The translations under genes were made by a program, and so were the position numbers. Below the pieces are notes generated by a model. It worked only from the letters and a program-made list of their open reading frames with translations. It was not told the origin of the DNA and ran no database searches. Source: Candidatus Methylomirabilia bacterium (GTDB taxonomy: Bacteria; Methylomirabilota; Methylomirabilia; Rokubacteriales; CSP1-6). Taken from it: a DNA stretch of 46,095 nucleotides. This document shows, one piece after another, positions 36,037 through 45,982 of the stretch (positions are counted from its first letter, which is position 1; every line of letters starts with the position of its first letter). The stretch is taken from NCBI GenBank assembly GCA_041497895.1, contig JBGQHJ010000020.1, forward strand, positions 1-46,095, read 5' to 3'.

Positions 36037-37581
36037 ATGGAATTGACTCGACGTGACCTGCTCAAGGGCGCGGCCGCCCTGGGCGCCGCCGCCGCGGTGC
36101 CGCTGACCGCCGGTGGCCAGGCGGTGGCCCAGATCACCCAGAAGAAGGAGCTGGTCACCGCGCAGAGCGGCGACATCTCGAAGTTCGACCCGCACTTCAG
36201 CACGTCGTCCAACGACGTCCGTGTCTCGTTCAATGTCTTCGACAACCTCACGAGCCGGCATCCGGACGGCAAGCTCTACCCGGGCCTCGCCACCGAGTGG
36301 AAGCTCGAGGCGCAGACCACCTGGCGCTTCAAGCTGCGGCAGGGGGTGAAGTTCCACAACGGGGACCCGTTCTCCTCGGCCGATGCCAAGTACAGCATCG
36401 AGCGTACCTACGATCCGGCGGCCAAGACCATGGTGGCGACGGCCCTGGCCACCATCGAGAAGGTCGAGGCGCCGGACGCGGCCACGCTCGTGATCACCAC
36501 CAAGAAGCCCGACCCGCTGCTGCCCGCGCGCCTGGCCTTCTACGGCGGGCAGATCGTGCCGAAGAAGTACCTCGAGTCGGTCGGCAACGACACCTTCAAC
36601 GCCAAGCCGGTCGGGACCGGCCCGGTGAAGTTCGGCTCCTGGGTCAAGGACGACAAGGCGGTGCTCGAGGCCAACCCCGACTACTGGGGCGGCAAGATCG
36701 ACGTCGACCGGTGGATCATGCGCCCGATCCCGGAGACCGCGCCGCGCATCGCGGCCCTGCTGAAGGGCGAGGTCGACGTCATCACCCAGCTGCCTCCCGA
36801 TCAGGAGGAGCGGGTGGCCGGGAACGCGTCGACCCGAGTGATCGGCGCGCTCTATGCGGGCCTCTACGTGCTCGCGGTGAACAGCAAGCGCCCGCCGCTG
36901 GACAACCCGCTCGTCAAGCAAGCGCTCTCGCTCGCGATCGACCGCGAGGCGATCGTGAAGGAGCTGTGGCGGGGGCGGGGCGTCGTGCCGAGCGGCTGCA
37001 TCGCCAAGGGCGACAACCACTTCGATCCGAGCCTGCCCCCGCTGGCCTACAAGCCGGCCGAGGCGAAGGAGCGGCTGAAGAAGGCCGGCTACAAGGGCGA
37101 GGAGATCTTCATCGAGACCACCGTGGCCTACGTGGCCCAGGACAAGGCGATGTCGGAAGCCATCGCGGCCATGTGGAAGGACGTGGGCGTCAACGTGAAG
37201 GTCGAGGTGATCGAGTACTCGGTACGCGCGCAGAAGAACCGCGAGAAGAGCTTCAAGGGCGTGTTCTGGTCGGACCCGACCTCGACCCTGGGCGACCCGG
37301 ACGGCATGGTGTGGCGCCTCATCGGGCCCGGCGGCCCTCAGGACTACTGGCGCGAGGCCAAGTTCGACGAGCTCGGCAACGCGGCGCGCTTCAGCGTCGA
37401 CGAGAAGTTCCGCGGGCAGGCCTACAAGGAGATGACCAAGATCTTCCTGGAGCACCTCCCGTGGCTGCCGGTGATCCAGCCCTACGAGGACTACGGGCTC
37501 CAGAAGTACGTCGAGTTCACCCCGAACCCGAACCAGCAGTTCGAGCTTCGTCGCTTCAACTTCAAGCTCCGCCGGGCGTAG
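36037..37581 (+). CDS. Tat-exported ABC transporter substrate-binding protein, family 5 (peptide/nickel)
   Basis: AGGAGG SD, MELTRRDLLKG; PGLATEW, FKLRQGVKFHNG, PVGTGP, ANPDYWG. Confidence 0.93.
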   Translation: MELTRRDLLKGAAALGAAAAVPLTAGGQAVAQITQKKELVTAQSGDISKFDPHFSTSSNDVRVSFNVFDNLTSRHPDGKLYPGLATEWKLEAQTTWRFKLRQGVKFHNGDPFSSADAKYSIERTYDPAAKTMVATALATIEKVEAPDAATLVITTKKPDPLLPARLAFYGGQIVPKKYLESVGNDTFNAKPVGTGPVKFGSWVKDDKAVLEANPDYWGGKIDVDRWIMRPIPETAPRIAALLKGEVDVITQLPPDQEERVAGNASTRVIGALYAGLYVLAVNSKRPPLDNPLVKQALSLAIDREAIVKELWRGRGVVPSGCIAKGDNHFDPSLPPLAYKPAEAKERLKKAGYKGEEIFIETTVAYVAQDKAMSEAIAAMWKDVGVNVKVEVIEYSVRAQKNREKSFKGVFWSDPTSTLGDPDGMVWRLIGPGGPQDYWREAKFDELGNAARFSVDEKFRGQAYKEMTKIFLEHLPWLPVIQPYEDYGLQKYVEFTPNPNQQFELRRFNFKLRRA

Positions 37582-37587
37582 GCTTAT

Positions 37588-37627
37588 CCCCCTCACCCTG
37601 CCCTCTCCCCCGGTCCGGGGGAGAGGG
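37588..37627. repeat. REP-like palindrome between SBP and permease genes
   Basis: CCCCCTCACCCTG followed by perfect IR CCCTCTCCCCCGG-T-CCGGGGGAGAGGG (37601-37627). Confidence 0.75.
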
Positions 37628-37645
37628 TAGCGGCGAGGGCCCGAT

Positions 37646-38572
37646 ATGCGCGGATTCGTCCCGTTCCTCGGTCAGCGTCTCTTCCGCGCCCTCATCGCGC
37701 TCTGGCTGGTGTCCACCGTGGTCTTCGTGGTCATGCGCCTGTCCGGCGACCCGGTCCCGCTGCTCCTGCCCCCCGACGCGCCGACCAGCGAGATCCTGCG
37801 CGTCCGCCACGACCTGGGCCTCGACAAGCCGCTGCCCGCCCAGTACGTGATCTTCCTCGGCAACCTCGCCCACGGCGACTTCGGCCGCTCGATCCACTTC
37901 CGCGAGCCCGCCTTCAACGTGGTGCGCGGATACCTGGGCGCCACCCTCGAGCTCGGCCTCACCGCCTTCGTGCTGGCCGCGGTGGTGGCGGTGCCGATCG
38001 GCCTCTTCTCCGCCATGCGGCGGAACACCCTGGTCGACCACGTGGCCATGGGCCTGGCCCTGATCGGCCAGTCCGCGCCCACCTTCTTCCTCGGCATCCT
38101 GTTCATCCTGCTGCTGTCGCTCAAGGCCGATCTCTTCCCGACCTCGGGGCGCGGCGACTGGCGCAACCTCGTGCTGCCGGCGCTGACCCTCGGCGCCTTC
38201 ACGATGGCCTCGATCGCGCGACTGACCCGGTCCGCGGTGCTCGAGGTGCTGCACGCCGACTACATCCGTACCGCGCGGGCCAAGGGCGTCAAGGAGACGT
38301 GGGTGGTGGCCAAGCACACCCTCAAGAACGCGGCGATCCCGATCGTGACCATCACCGGGCTCCAGTTCGGCACGCTGCTGGGCGGCGCGGTGGTCACCGA
38401 GACCGTCTTCGCGTGGCCCGGTATCGGACGGCTGGCCATCCAGTCCATCTACGATCGCGACTATCCCGTCGTGCAGTGCACCGTGTTCCTGGCCGCCCTG
38501 ATGTTCGTCATCATCAATCTCTGCGTGGACCTGATCTATGGCGTCCTCGATCCCCGCATCCGCGCCGGCTGA
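37646..38572 (+). CDS. ABC transporter permease (DppB/OppB-like)
   Basis: GLDKPL, GDFGRS, DYIRTARAKG, ETVFAWPGIG, LDPRIR. Confidence 0.93.
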   Translation: MRGFVPFLGQRLFRALIALWLVSTVVFVVMRLSGDPVPLLLPPDAPTSEILRVRHDLGLDKPLPAQYVIFLGNLAHGDFGRSIHFREPAFNVVRGYLGATLELGLTAFVLAAVVAVPIGLFSAMRRNTLVDHVAMGLALIGQSAPTFFLGILFILLLSLKADLFPTSGRGDWRNLVLPALTLGAFTMASIARLTRSAVLEVLHADYIRTARAKGVKETWVVAKHTLKNAAIPIVTITGLQFGTLLGGAVVTETVFAWPGIGRLAIQSIYDRDYPVVQCTVFLAALMFVIINLCVDLIYGVLDPRIRAG

Positions 38573-39446
38573 GTCGGTCCAGGTCGCGGTCGCGCCCGCC
38601 GCGCCGGCGCACCGGCGCCGCCGGCCGTGGCTGGTGGTGCTGGGGGTCGGGTTCGTGGCGCTCCTCGCGGTGGTGGCCATCGCGGCCCCGCTGCTCGCCC
38701 CCGAGGACCCGATTCGCCAGAGCCTGCGCGGTCGCTTGTCGCCGCCGACCTGGGAGGGCACCGACGGCCGCGCGCATCTTCTCGGGACCGATCACCTCGG
38801 CCGTGACGTGCTCTCCCGCGTGATCTACGGATCGCGCGTGTCGCTGGTGATCGGGTTCTCGTCGGTGCTGGTGGGCGGGATCCTGGGCTCGGCGGCGGGG
38901 TTGATGGCCGGGTTCGGCCATCGGCGGCTCGACGGGATCATCATGACCGTCGCCGACGCGCAGCTCGCCTTCCCGTTCATCCTGCTCGCGATCGGCATCA
39001 TCGCGGTGCTGGGCCCGAGCTTCCCGACCCTGGTGGTGGTGATCGGGCTTTCCGGCTGGGTCTCCTACGCGCGCATCCTGCGCGCCCAGGTGCTGGTGGT
39101 GCGCTCGCGCGAGTTCGTGGAGGCCATACACGCCCTCGGCGGCTCGTTCGTCCGGGTCGTGCTCCGTCACGTGCTGCCCAACGTGCTCTCCTCGATCGTG
39201 GTCATCGCCACCCTCGAGCTCGCCCGGGCCATCGTACTCGAGGCGACGCTGTCGTTCCTGGGCCTGGGGATCCAGCCGCCGACGCCCTCCTGGGGCGGCA
39301 TGGTGCAGGACGGGCGCGAGTACCTCGACTCGGCCTGGTGGATCTCGACGTTCCCCGGGGTGGTGCTCATGATCACCTCGATCGTGGTCAGCCGCACCGG
39401 CGACTGGCTGCGCGACGTGCTGGACCCGACTCTCCGCGGGGAGTAG
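38538..39446 (+). CDS. ABC transporter permease (DppC/OppC-like)
   Basis: LLGTDHLGRDVLSR, HVLPN, LSFLGLGIQPPTPSWG, GDWLRDVLDP. Confidence 0.93.
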   Translation: MASSIPASAPAESVQVAVAPAAPAHRRRRPWLVVLGVGFVALLAVVAIAAPLLAPEDPIRQSLRGRLSPPTWEGTDGRAHLLGTDHLGRDVLSRVIYGSRVSLVIGFSSVLVGGILGSAAGLMAGFGHRRLDGIIMTVADAQLAFPFILLAIGIIAVLGPSFPTLVVVIGLSGWVSYARILRAQVLVVRSREFVEAIHALGGSFVRVVLRHVLPNVLSSIVVIATLELARAIVLEATLSFLGLGIQPPTPSWGGMVQDGREYLDSAWWISTFPGVVLMITSIVVSRTGDWLRDVLDPTLRGE

Positions 39447-39466
39447 GGCAGAAAGGATCCACACCC

Positions 39467-39868
39467 ATGCCGGTCACCACCCTGATCGAGTACGAGGCGG
39501 CCAGCCCCGAGGTCCGCGCGGTCTACGACGACATCATGGCCACGCGGAAGACGGACTGGATCAACAACTTCTGGAAGGCCCTCGCCAACCATCCGCCGAC
39601 CCTCCGGCGCACCTGGGAGAGCATCAAGCAGATCATGTCGTCGGGCGCCCTCGACCCGCTCACCAAGGAGATGGTCTACCTGGCGGTCAGCGCGGCGAAC
39701 GGCTGCGACTACTGCATCGCCTCCCACACCGTGGGCGCGCGCCGCGCCGGCATGAGCGAGGCCATGCGGGGCGAGCTGCTCGCGGTGGTCGGGATGGCCT
39801 GCGAGACCAATTCCCTGGCCAACGCCTATCAGGTGCCGGTCGACGATCGGTTCCGCGATCCGGCCTGA
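39467..39868 (+). CDS. Carboxymuconolactone decarboxylase/AhpD family protein
   Basis: AAAGGA SD; INNFWKALA, KEMVYLAVSAANGCDYCIASH. Confidence 0.88.
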   Translation: MPVTTLIEYEAASPEVRAVYDDIMATRKTDWINNFWKALANHPPTLRRTWESIKQIMSSGALDPLTKEMVYLAVSAANGCDYCIASHTVGARRAGMSEAMRGELLAVVGMACETNSLANAYQVPVDDRFRDPA

Positions 39869-40770
39869 GCCGCCGCCCGCCGCTCGAGGCGCAGGTCGGC
39901 GAGCGTGTGTCCAGCCAGCGCGGCCAGCACCACGGAGCCGCCCACCAGCGACGGCGCGCCTGGGTTCTCTCCGAGGGCGAGCCACACCCAGACCGGCCCC
40001 AGCACGCTCTCCAGCACCGCGATCAGCGAGGTCTCGGCCACCGGGATCCGCCTCGCTCCCGCGGTGAAGAGGATCATGCCGAGCCCGAGCTGACCGGCTC
40101 CGAAGAAGGCCAGGCGCACGAGGTCGCCCGCGCCGGCGGCGCCGGGCGTGGCCGGGCCCGCCGCGACCACGCTGGTGAGCGCGGCGGCCAGCGCGGCCGC
40201 GGGCAGCATCTGCACCTGGCGACGGCGCCGCAGGAGCACGGTGGCGGTGGCGAAGGTGAGCGCCACCGCGAAGGCGAGCCCGTCGCCGCCAAGCGAGCCG
40301 GTGGCGGGCGTGGAGTAGAAGTAGCGCGAGACCATGATCCCGCTGCCGAGGAGCGCCACGCCCATGGCCAGCCAGGTGCGGCCGGCCACGCGCTCGCCCA
40401 TCCAGACCCATCCGAGCAGCCCGGCCATGAACGGGCTCAGGCTCTGGATGATCAGGACGTTCGCGACCGAGGTGCGGTGGAGCGCCATGATGAAGCAGGT
40501 GGAGCCGATCGCGAAGCACACCGCCATGCCGACCCCGGTGCGGCCCATACCCCCGAAGACGCGCGCCGTGCCCCGGCCCTCGCGCGCCGCGGTCACCGCC
40601 ACCAGGAAGGCGGCGCAGAAGAGCCCGCGCCAGAACACGGTGGTCCACGGGTCGGTGTCCACGGTGCGGGCCATCAACCCGCCCAGGCTCCAGAAGGCGG
40701 CCGCCGCGGCTACCAGGAGCCGGCCGCGCCGACGGTCGTGGGCGCCGTCCGCGAGCGTCGGGCCGCTCAT
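39829..40770 (-). CDS. DMT/EamA family transporter
   Basis: About 10 hydrophobic helices; TSVANV, LESVLGPVWVWLALGE. ATG overlaps the upstream stop. Confidence 0.88.
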   Translation of the reverse strand: MSGPTLADGAHDRRRGRLLVAAAAAFWSLGGLMARTVDTDPWTTVFWRGLFCAAFLVAVTAAREGRGTARVFGGMGRTGVGMAVCFAIGSTCFIMALHRTSVANVLIIQSLSPFMAGLLGWVWMGERVAGRTWLAMGVALLGSGIMVSRYFYSTPATGSLGGDGLAFAVALTFATATVLLRRRRQVQMLPAAALAAALTSVVAAGPATPGAAGAGDLVRLAFFGAGQLGLGMILFTAGARRIPVAETSLIAVLESVLGPVWVWLALGENPGAPSLVGGSVVLAALAGHTLADLRLERRAAAQAGSRNRSSTGT

Positions 40771-41621
40771 CCGGCGAGCGCCACGCAGGCCACCCCGGCC
40801 AGCACCACCGCGGCCCCCGCGAGCCGGCGCGCCCCGGCGCCCTCCTTCATCCACGCGGCGCCGATGATCGCGGAGAGCACGATCGACATCTCGCGGGTGG
40901 CCACCACGTAGCCGGTCTTCGAGAGCTGGAAGGCGAAGAGCACCAGCAGGTAGGCGGTCGGGCTCATCAGCGCGGCCGCGACGATCGTCGAGCGGTTGAG
41001 CCGCCACTCCCGGCGCCGCGCCTCCGATCGCGCCAGCGCCACCGGGGCGAGCAGGGCGCAGGAGCCCACCTCCAGGAGCCAGATGTAGGCGAGCGGGCTG
41101 ATGCGCGCGACCCCGGCCCGGTCGAGGAGGGAGTAGGCCGCGATCAGCACCCCGGTGGCGAGTGCCCAGCCGGTGCCCGAGCGGTGGACGGCCGCGGCGG
41201 TCCACGCGCCGGCGCGCCAGTGCAGGCAGAGGATGCCGGCCGCCACCAGGGCCACCCCGAGCGTGCCGAGGGCCGACAGCCGCTCGTCGAAGACGGCGAG
41301 CGCGGCCACCGGCACGAGCGCCACCCCGAGCCCGCGCGCGATGGGGTAGACGAGGGAGAAGTCGCCCGCCGCGTAGGCGCGCCCGAGCGAGAAGAAGTAG
41401 AGCGCGTGCAGGATCACGGTGCCGATCACGAACGGAAGGGCGGCGGGCCGGAAGCCCTCGCGAGCCAGCACCCAGAGCGCGATCGGGGCGTAGAGCGCGG
41501 AGGCGACCACGCCCACCCACCAGAGGAACAGCACCGGATCGCCCGCGCGCTTGACGAGCGCGTTCCAGCCCGCGTGGAGCACGGCCGCGCCCGCGACGAG
41601 GAGGAGGGCGGCGACGGTCAC
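40767..41621 (-). CDS. DMT/EamA family transporter
   Basis: LHAGWNALVK, GDFSLVYPIARG, VATREMSIV. Confidence 0.88.
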   Translation of the reverse strand: MTVAALLLVAGAAVLHAGWNALVKRAGDPVLFLWWVGVVASALYAPIALWVLAREGFRPAALPFVIGTVILHALYFFSLGRAYAAGDFSLVYPIARGLGVALVPVAALAVFDERLSALGTLGVALVAAGILCLHWRAGAWTAAAVHRSGTGWALATGVLIAAYSLLDRAGVARISPLAYIWLLEVGSCALLAPVALARSEARRREWRLNRSTIVAAALMSPTAYLLVLFAFQLSKTGYVVATREMSIVLSAIIGAAWMKEGAGARRLAGAAVVLAGVACVALAG

Positions 41622-41680
41622 CGGGACAGGGTAGGGGTTTCCCCCGACGACGCCAAGCGATTACTATGGAGAGCGCTTCC

Positions 41681-42301
41681 ATGGCCCATTGTCTCCGGCT
41701 CATCGAGGATCGGCTCGCCGCGGGCGGCGCCGCTCCCGCCTCGCGCGTCCCGCGCGTGCTCTACGCGGCCGAGGGCGCGCTGCTCGCCGACGGGGCGACC
41801 GAGCCGGTGGCCGCGGTCGGACCGGGCGCGAAGGGCGCGCGGGCCGCCTCCACGGCCGCGCGTGTCTACCGGGTGGAGCTGGTGCGTCAGCCGCCGCCGC
41901 CCGCGGGCGGCCGCGTCCTGCTCGAGCACCCGGTCGACCTGGCCGGCGGCGCGGGCTGGCTCATGCGCTGCGACCGGGTGGACTTCGAGCCGGGCGGCGT
42001 CGCGCCGCCGCACCGGCACCGGGGCGGCGGCATCCGGTGCCTGCTGCGGGGCCGGCTCGAGGTCACGGTGGGCGAGGGCGCGCCGCGCGCGGTCGCCCCG
42101 GGCGAAGCCTGGTTCGAGAGCGGGCGCGAGCCGGTGCTGGCGGTGGCGGCGGACGACCGGGAGACGAGCTTCATCCGCTTCTCGATCCTGCCCGCCGCGA
42201 TCCGGGGCCAGTCTTCGATCCTCTACGTGGATCCGGCCGACGCGGCCCGCGGCCGCCCTCGGCGCTACACGGTCTACGTCGACGAGCCGATCGCGCTCTG
42301 A
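41681..42301 (+). CDS. Cupin-like domain protein
   Basis: RCDRVDFEPGGVAPPHRHRGGGIRCLLRG...GEAWFESG. Start could be 41666. Confidence 0.7.
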   Translation: MAHCLRLIEDRLAAGGAAPASRVPRVLYAAEGALLADGATEPVAAVGPGAKGARAASTAARVYRVELVRQPPPPAGGRVLLEHPVDLAGGAGWLMRCDRVDFEPGGVAPPHRHRGGGIRCLLRGRLEVTVGEGAPRAVAPGEAWFESGREPVLAVAADDRETSFIRFSILPAAIRGQSSILYVDPADAARGRPRRYTVYVDEPIAL

Positions 42302-42303
42302 CG

Positions 42304-43425
42304 ATGCGCGTCCTGATCCTGAGCGCCAGCTATGGCTCCGGCCACGCGGAGGCCGCGCGCAGCCTGGCCGCGGCGTTCGCGAGCCGCGGCGCCGAGCCGG
42401 TGGTGGTCGACCACTTCCGCGACCTGGTGCACCCGGTCTTCGCGCGCGCGAGCGGCGCGATCTACTACTGGTTGCTGCGCGGGGCCCCGTCGCTGTGGGC
42501 GCTCGGCTACACGCTCGGCGACCGGCTCGGGCCGGAGTCTCCGCTGGCCTTCGGCGTGCCGCGGCTCGGCGTGGCGGGTCTCGGGCACCTGCTCGACACG
42601 ATGCGGCCGGACGCGGTGGTGACCGTCCACGCCACGCCCGCCGCCGCGATGGCGGCGCTCGCCGCCTCCGGTCGCGCGGTGCCGCCGCACACCACCGCGG
42701 TGACCGACTTCGTGGCCCATAGCCAGTGGATGCCCCGCCCGGTGGACCGCTACTGCGTGGCCGCCGAGGAGGTGCGGAACGAGTTCGTGGCGCGCGGGAT
42801 CCCGCCCGACCGCGTGGTGGTCACCGGGGTGCCGGTGCGCGAGGAGTTCTCGCGCCCGGTCGAGGCCACCGAGGCGCGTCGTGCGCTCGGCCTCGCCCCG
42901 CGGCTGCCCACCGTGGTCGCGATGGCGGGCACCCAGGGCTCGCTCGGCCGGCTCCCCGACGTCGTCCACGCGCTCCTCACCGTCGAGCGGCCCATGCAGG
43001 CGGTGGTGGTGGCGGGCCGGGACGAGCGGCTGCGGGCGCGGCTCACCCGCCTGGCCGCCGGCAGCCCGGTGCGGGTGACGGGCTACGTCGAGGACGTGCG
43101 CACGCTGCTGGCCGCGGCGGACCTGCTCGTGACCAAGGCGGGAGGCATGACCCTCGCCGAGGCCACCGCGAGCGGGGTGCCGCTGCTCCTCTACGGTAGC
43201 CTGCCGGGCCAGGAGATCGGCAACGAGCGCTTCGCCTCCCGCGCCGGCATCGCGCTGGTGGCCCGCTCGCGCGGCGAGCTGCGCCGCCTGCTCGACCGCG
43301 CGCTCGGAGATCCGGACACGATGGAGCGGATGCAGGGCTCGCTGCGCCGGCTCCGCCGCCCGGAGGCGGCGGCCCACATCGTCGATCTCGTCCTCGATCA
43401 GATCGCGACCCGCCGGAGGGGCTGA
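42304..43425 (+). CDS. Glycosyltransferase, MGDG synthase/UgtP-like (GT28)
   Basis: ILSASYGSGH, VTDFVAHSQW, TGVPVR, TKAGGMTLAEA, LPGQEIGN. Confidence 0.9.
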   Translation: MRVLILSASYGSGHAEAARSLAAAFASRGAEPVVVDHFRDLVHPVFARASGAIYYWLLRGAPSLWALGYTLGDRLGPESPLAFGVPRLGVAGLGHLLDTMRPDAVVTVHATPAAAMAALAASGRAVPPHTTAVTDFVAHSQWMPRPVDRYCVAAEEVRNEFVARGIPPDRVVVTGVPVREEFSRPVEATEARRALGLAPRLPTVVAMAGTQGSLGRLPDVVHALLTVERPMQAVVVAGRDERLRARLTRLAAGSPVRVTGYVEDVRTLLAAADLLVTKAGGMTLAEATASGVPLLLYGSLPGQEIGNERFASRAGIALVARSRGELRRLLDRALGDPDTMERMQGSLRRLRRPEAAAHIVDLVLDQIATRRRG

Positions 43426-43426
43426 C

Positions 43427-45220
43427 GTGTCGCAGTTCACGTTCTGCCTCGAGAGCGGCGACCGCGCGCTCCGGGATGGCCGCTACGCCGACGCCGAGCA
43501 GGCCCTCGAGGCCGCGCTGGCCCTCGACCCCCGCAGCGTCAAGGCCCACTTCAAGCTCGGCCTCACGCTCGAGCGCCAGCGCAAGTGGGCTCCCGCCGAG
43601 ACCGCGTTCCGGGCCGCGCTGCGCGGCAAGCGCGACCACACGACCGCGTGGCTGCGCCTGGCCGCGGTGTGCCGCCGCCTCGGCAAGCCCCGCGAGGAGG
43701 AGACCGCCGCGCGCGAGGCGGTGCGGCTCGCCCCGCGCAGCGGTGAGGCACGCCACGGTCTCGCGGTGACCCTCGCCCGCCTCGGCCGCGCGGAGGAGGC
43801 GGTGGCCGCCTTCGAGGAGACGATCCGGCTGGCGCCCTCGAACGCGGTCGCCCACGCCGGTCTCGGCCTGGCCCTCACCGCGCTGGGCCGCCACGGCGAC
43901 GCGGCGGCGGCGTTCGGCCGCGCCGCGGCTCTCGATCCCCGGTCGTACAAGGCGCATCTCCAGCACGCGGAGGCCCACCGCCGCCAGCGCCGCTGGGGCG
44001 AGGCCGCGGAAGCCTACCGGGCGGCGATCGCCATGCGGCCCGCGGAGCCCGCGCTCCACGGTCGCCTCGGGCTCATGCTCGAGCGGCAGCGGCGCTACCG
44101 CGAGGCGGTGGGTGCCTACACGCGCGCGGCCCGGCTCGACACCACCGGCGCCCGCTGGCGCGCGCGGCTCGGCCGCGTGCTCGAGCGCCAGGGCCGCTTC
44201 GCCGACGCGGAGGCCGCGCTGCTCGAGGCGCTGCGCCGGGAGCCCGACCGCGTCGACGCCCACTTGGGGCTGGCCATGATCTATCGTCGCCAGGGCAAGT
44301 GGGGGGAGGAGGCGCGCGTCTACGAGCGGGCCATCCGCCTGAAGCCGGGCGACGCGCATCTGCACGCCGACCTCGGGCTCGCCCTCGAGGCCCAGGGGCT
44401 GCTGGGGCCCGCCGAGGGCCAGTTCCGCCGCGCGGTGGCGCTCGCGCCCGAGAACGCCGACCTGCACGTGGAGCTCGGCATCGCGATGGGGCGCCAGGGG
44501 CGTCACGCGGAGGCGGAGGCCGCGCTGCGCGAGGCGGTGCGGCTCAATCCCCAGGACGTGGTGGCCCGCTCGAACCTCGCCCTCGGTCTCGGGCGCCAGG
44601 GGCGGCACGCCGAGTCGGAGGCGGCGTATCGCCAGGCCCTCGCCCTCAAGGCGGACGGTGCGCCGCTGCATCGCGGGCTCGGCATGGCGCTCTACTCGCA
44701 GGGCAAGCGCCCGGAGGCCGAGGCCGCGTTCCGCGAGGCGGTGCGGCTCAAGCCGAGCTACGCGCGCGCGTGGGGCGACCTGGGGGAGCTCCTGACCGAG
44801 ACCGGTCGCCACGACGAGGCGGTCGAGGCGTTCCGCGAGGCCATCGCGGTGAAGCCCGGGCGCGTCGCCTCGCATCGGGGCCTCGGCGCGGTGCGCCTGC
44901 TACAGGCGCGTCCCGACCTGGCCGAGGGTGCGTTTCGCGACGCGCTCGCCCGGCGCCCGGACGATTCGCAGAGCCACTTCGGGCTGTGGACCGCGCTCGA
45001 GCGGCAGGGCAAGGTCGCGGAGGTGGAGGCCGCGTACCGGGAGGCCATCGCGATGAGCCCCGACATGGCGGAGGCGTACGCGCGGCTCGGGGAGCTGCTG
45101 GCGCGGCAGGGCCGCTGGCGGGAAGCGGAGCCGGCGTATCGTGAGGCGGTGCGGCTCCAGCCCGACGACGCGCGCTCGCGCGTCGCCCTCAGCGCGGTGC
45201 TGCGTCGCCCCCGCGGCTAG
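43427..45220 (+). CDS. Tetratricopeptide repeat protein
   Basis: Continuous ~34-aa repeats (A..LG..L..QG...EA..A.R.A..L.P) over nearly the whole length. Confidence 0.9.
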   Translation: MSQFTFCLESGDRALRDGRYADAEQALEAALALDPRSVKAHFKLGLTLERQRKWAPAETAFRAALRGKRDHTTAWLRLAAVCRRLGKPREEETAAREAVRLAPRSGEARHGLAVTLARLGRAEEAVAAFEETIRLAPSNAVAHAGLGLALTALGRHGDAAAAFGRAAALDPRSYKAHLQHAEAHRRQRRWGEAAEAYRAAIAMRPAEPALHGRLGLMLERQRRYREAVGAYTRAARLDTTGARWRARLGRVLERQGRFADAEAALLEALRREPDRVDAHLGLAMIYRRQGKWGEEARVYERAIRLKPGDAHLHADLGLALEAQGLLGPAEGQFRRAVALAPENADLHVELGIAMGRQGRHAEAEAALREAVRLNPQDVVARSNLALGLGRQGRHAESEAAYRQALALKADGAPLHRGLGMALYSQGKRPEAEAAFREAVRLKPSYARAWGDLGELLTETGRHDEAVEAFREAIAVKPGRVASHRGLGAVRLLQARPDLAEGAFRDALARRPDDSQSHFGLWTALERQGKVAEVEAAYREAIAMSPDMAEAYARLGELLARQGRWREAEPAYREAVRLQPDDARSRVALSAVLRRPRG

Positions 45221-45873
45221 CTCTCGGTGGGGTCGACTTCGATGTTGGTGATGCGGAGGTAGCTGACCGCCACGCGCTCGTCGCCCTGCTCGAGCAGGAC
45301 GCCGTCCTCGGCGATCTGGGCCAGGCTGCCCTCGATCGGCTCGGTCGCGTTCTTCACCGAGATGAGCACCCGCCGGCCCAGGTGACGCTGGGCCTCGGCC
45401 TGCCACATCGTCTTCTGCACCTCGTCGAACACGCCCGCGGCCTGGCGCGCGGCCGACGCGGCCCGGCTCGCCGCGGTGATGGTGCCGAGGCCGGGAACGA
45501 CCAGGCCGCCCGGCAGGACCGGGACCGTCGGGCCGCCGCTGCCCGGTGCGGTGGCGGCCGGCCGCGCGCCCGCCTCCGGCACGGACCCGGAGGCCGAAGG
45601 CGTCGAGGAGGCCGTTCCCGGCCGCGCGGCGCCGTCCTGCTGCTCCTCGAGATAGCGCAGCACCTCGGACAGACGCGCCATGAGGTTCGAGAAGATGAAG
45701 AGCCCGACCAGTGCGCACGCGAGCGCCACCCCGAGCCCCATCTGGGCCTCGGTCAGCTTGAGCTGGTTCAGGGCGTAGAGCGTGTAGGTGAAGAGCAGGA
45801 GGGGGATCACGGCCGTCAGCGCGAAGACGATGGAGGCCGCGTTCCGGAGCGTATAGGTCCGGCCTCTACTCAT
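45217..45873 (-). CDS. Hypothetical membrane protein (2 TM, low-complexity linker, small C-terminal beta domain)
   Basis: GAGG SD; two hydrophobic segments; C-terminus LGRRVLISVK..IEGSLAQIAEDGVLLE resembles Sm/SH3-like barrels. Confidence 0.7.
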   Translation of the reverse strand: MSRGRTYTLRNAASIVFALTAVIPLLLFTYTLYALNQLKLTEAQMGLGVALACALVGLFIFSNLMARLSEVLRYLEEQQDGAARPGTASSTPSASGSVPEAGARPAATAPGSGGPTVPVLPGGLVVPGLGTITAASRAASAARQAAGVFDEVQKTMWQAEAQRHLGRRVLISVKNATEPIEGSLAQIAEDGVLLEQGDERVAVSYLRITNIEVDPTES

Positions 45874-45982
45874 GACGCCTCAAATCTAGCGCGCCGGGCG
45901 CCGCGCCCAAAGTTTTGAGAGAGCCGGCGCCGGTGGCCGTCCTCCGGGCCTCGGGCCCGCGTGATAGTATCCGACCGCGACC

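Noticed and set aside
39829..41703. 624-aa ORF as a single fused transporter
   Set aside because: The N-terminal half is off-frame sequence over the upstream EamA gene; the real start is ATG 40770.
43427..45220. Repetitive DNA suggesting a CRISPR or tandem array
   Set aside because: The periodicity is degenerate protein-level TPR coding, with no identical repeats or spacers.
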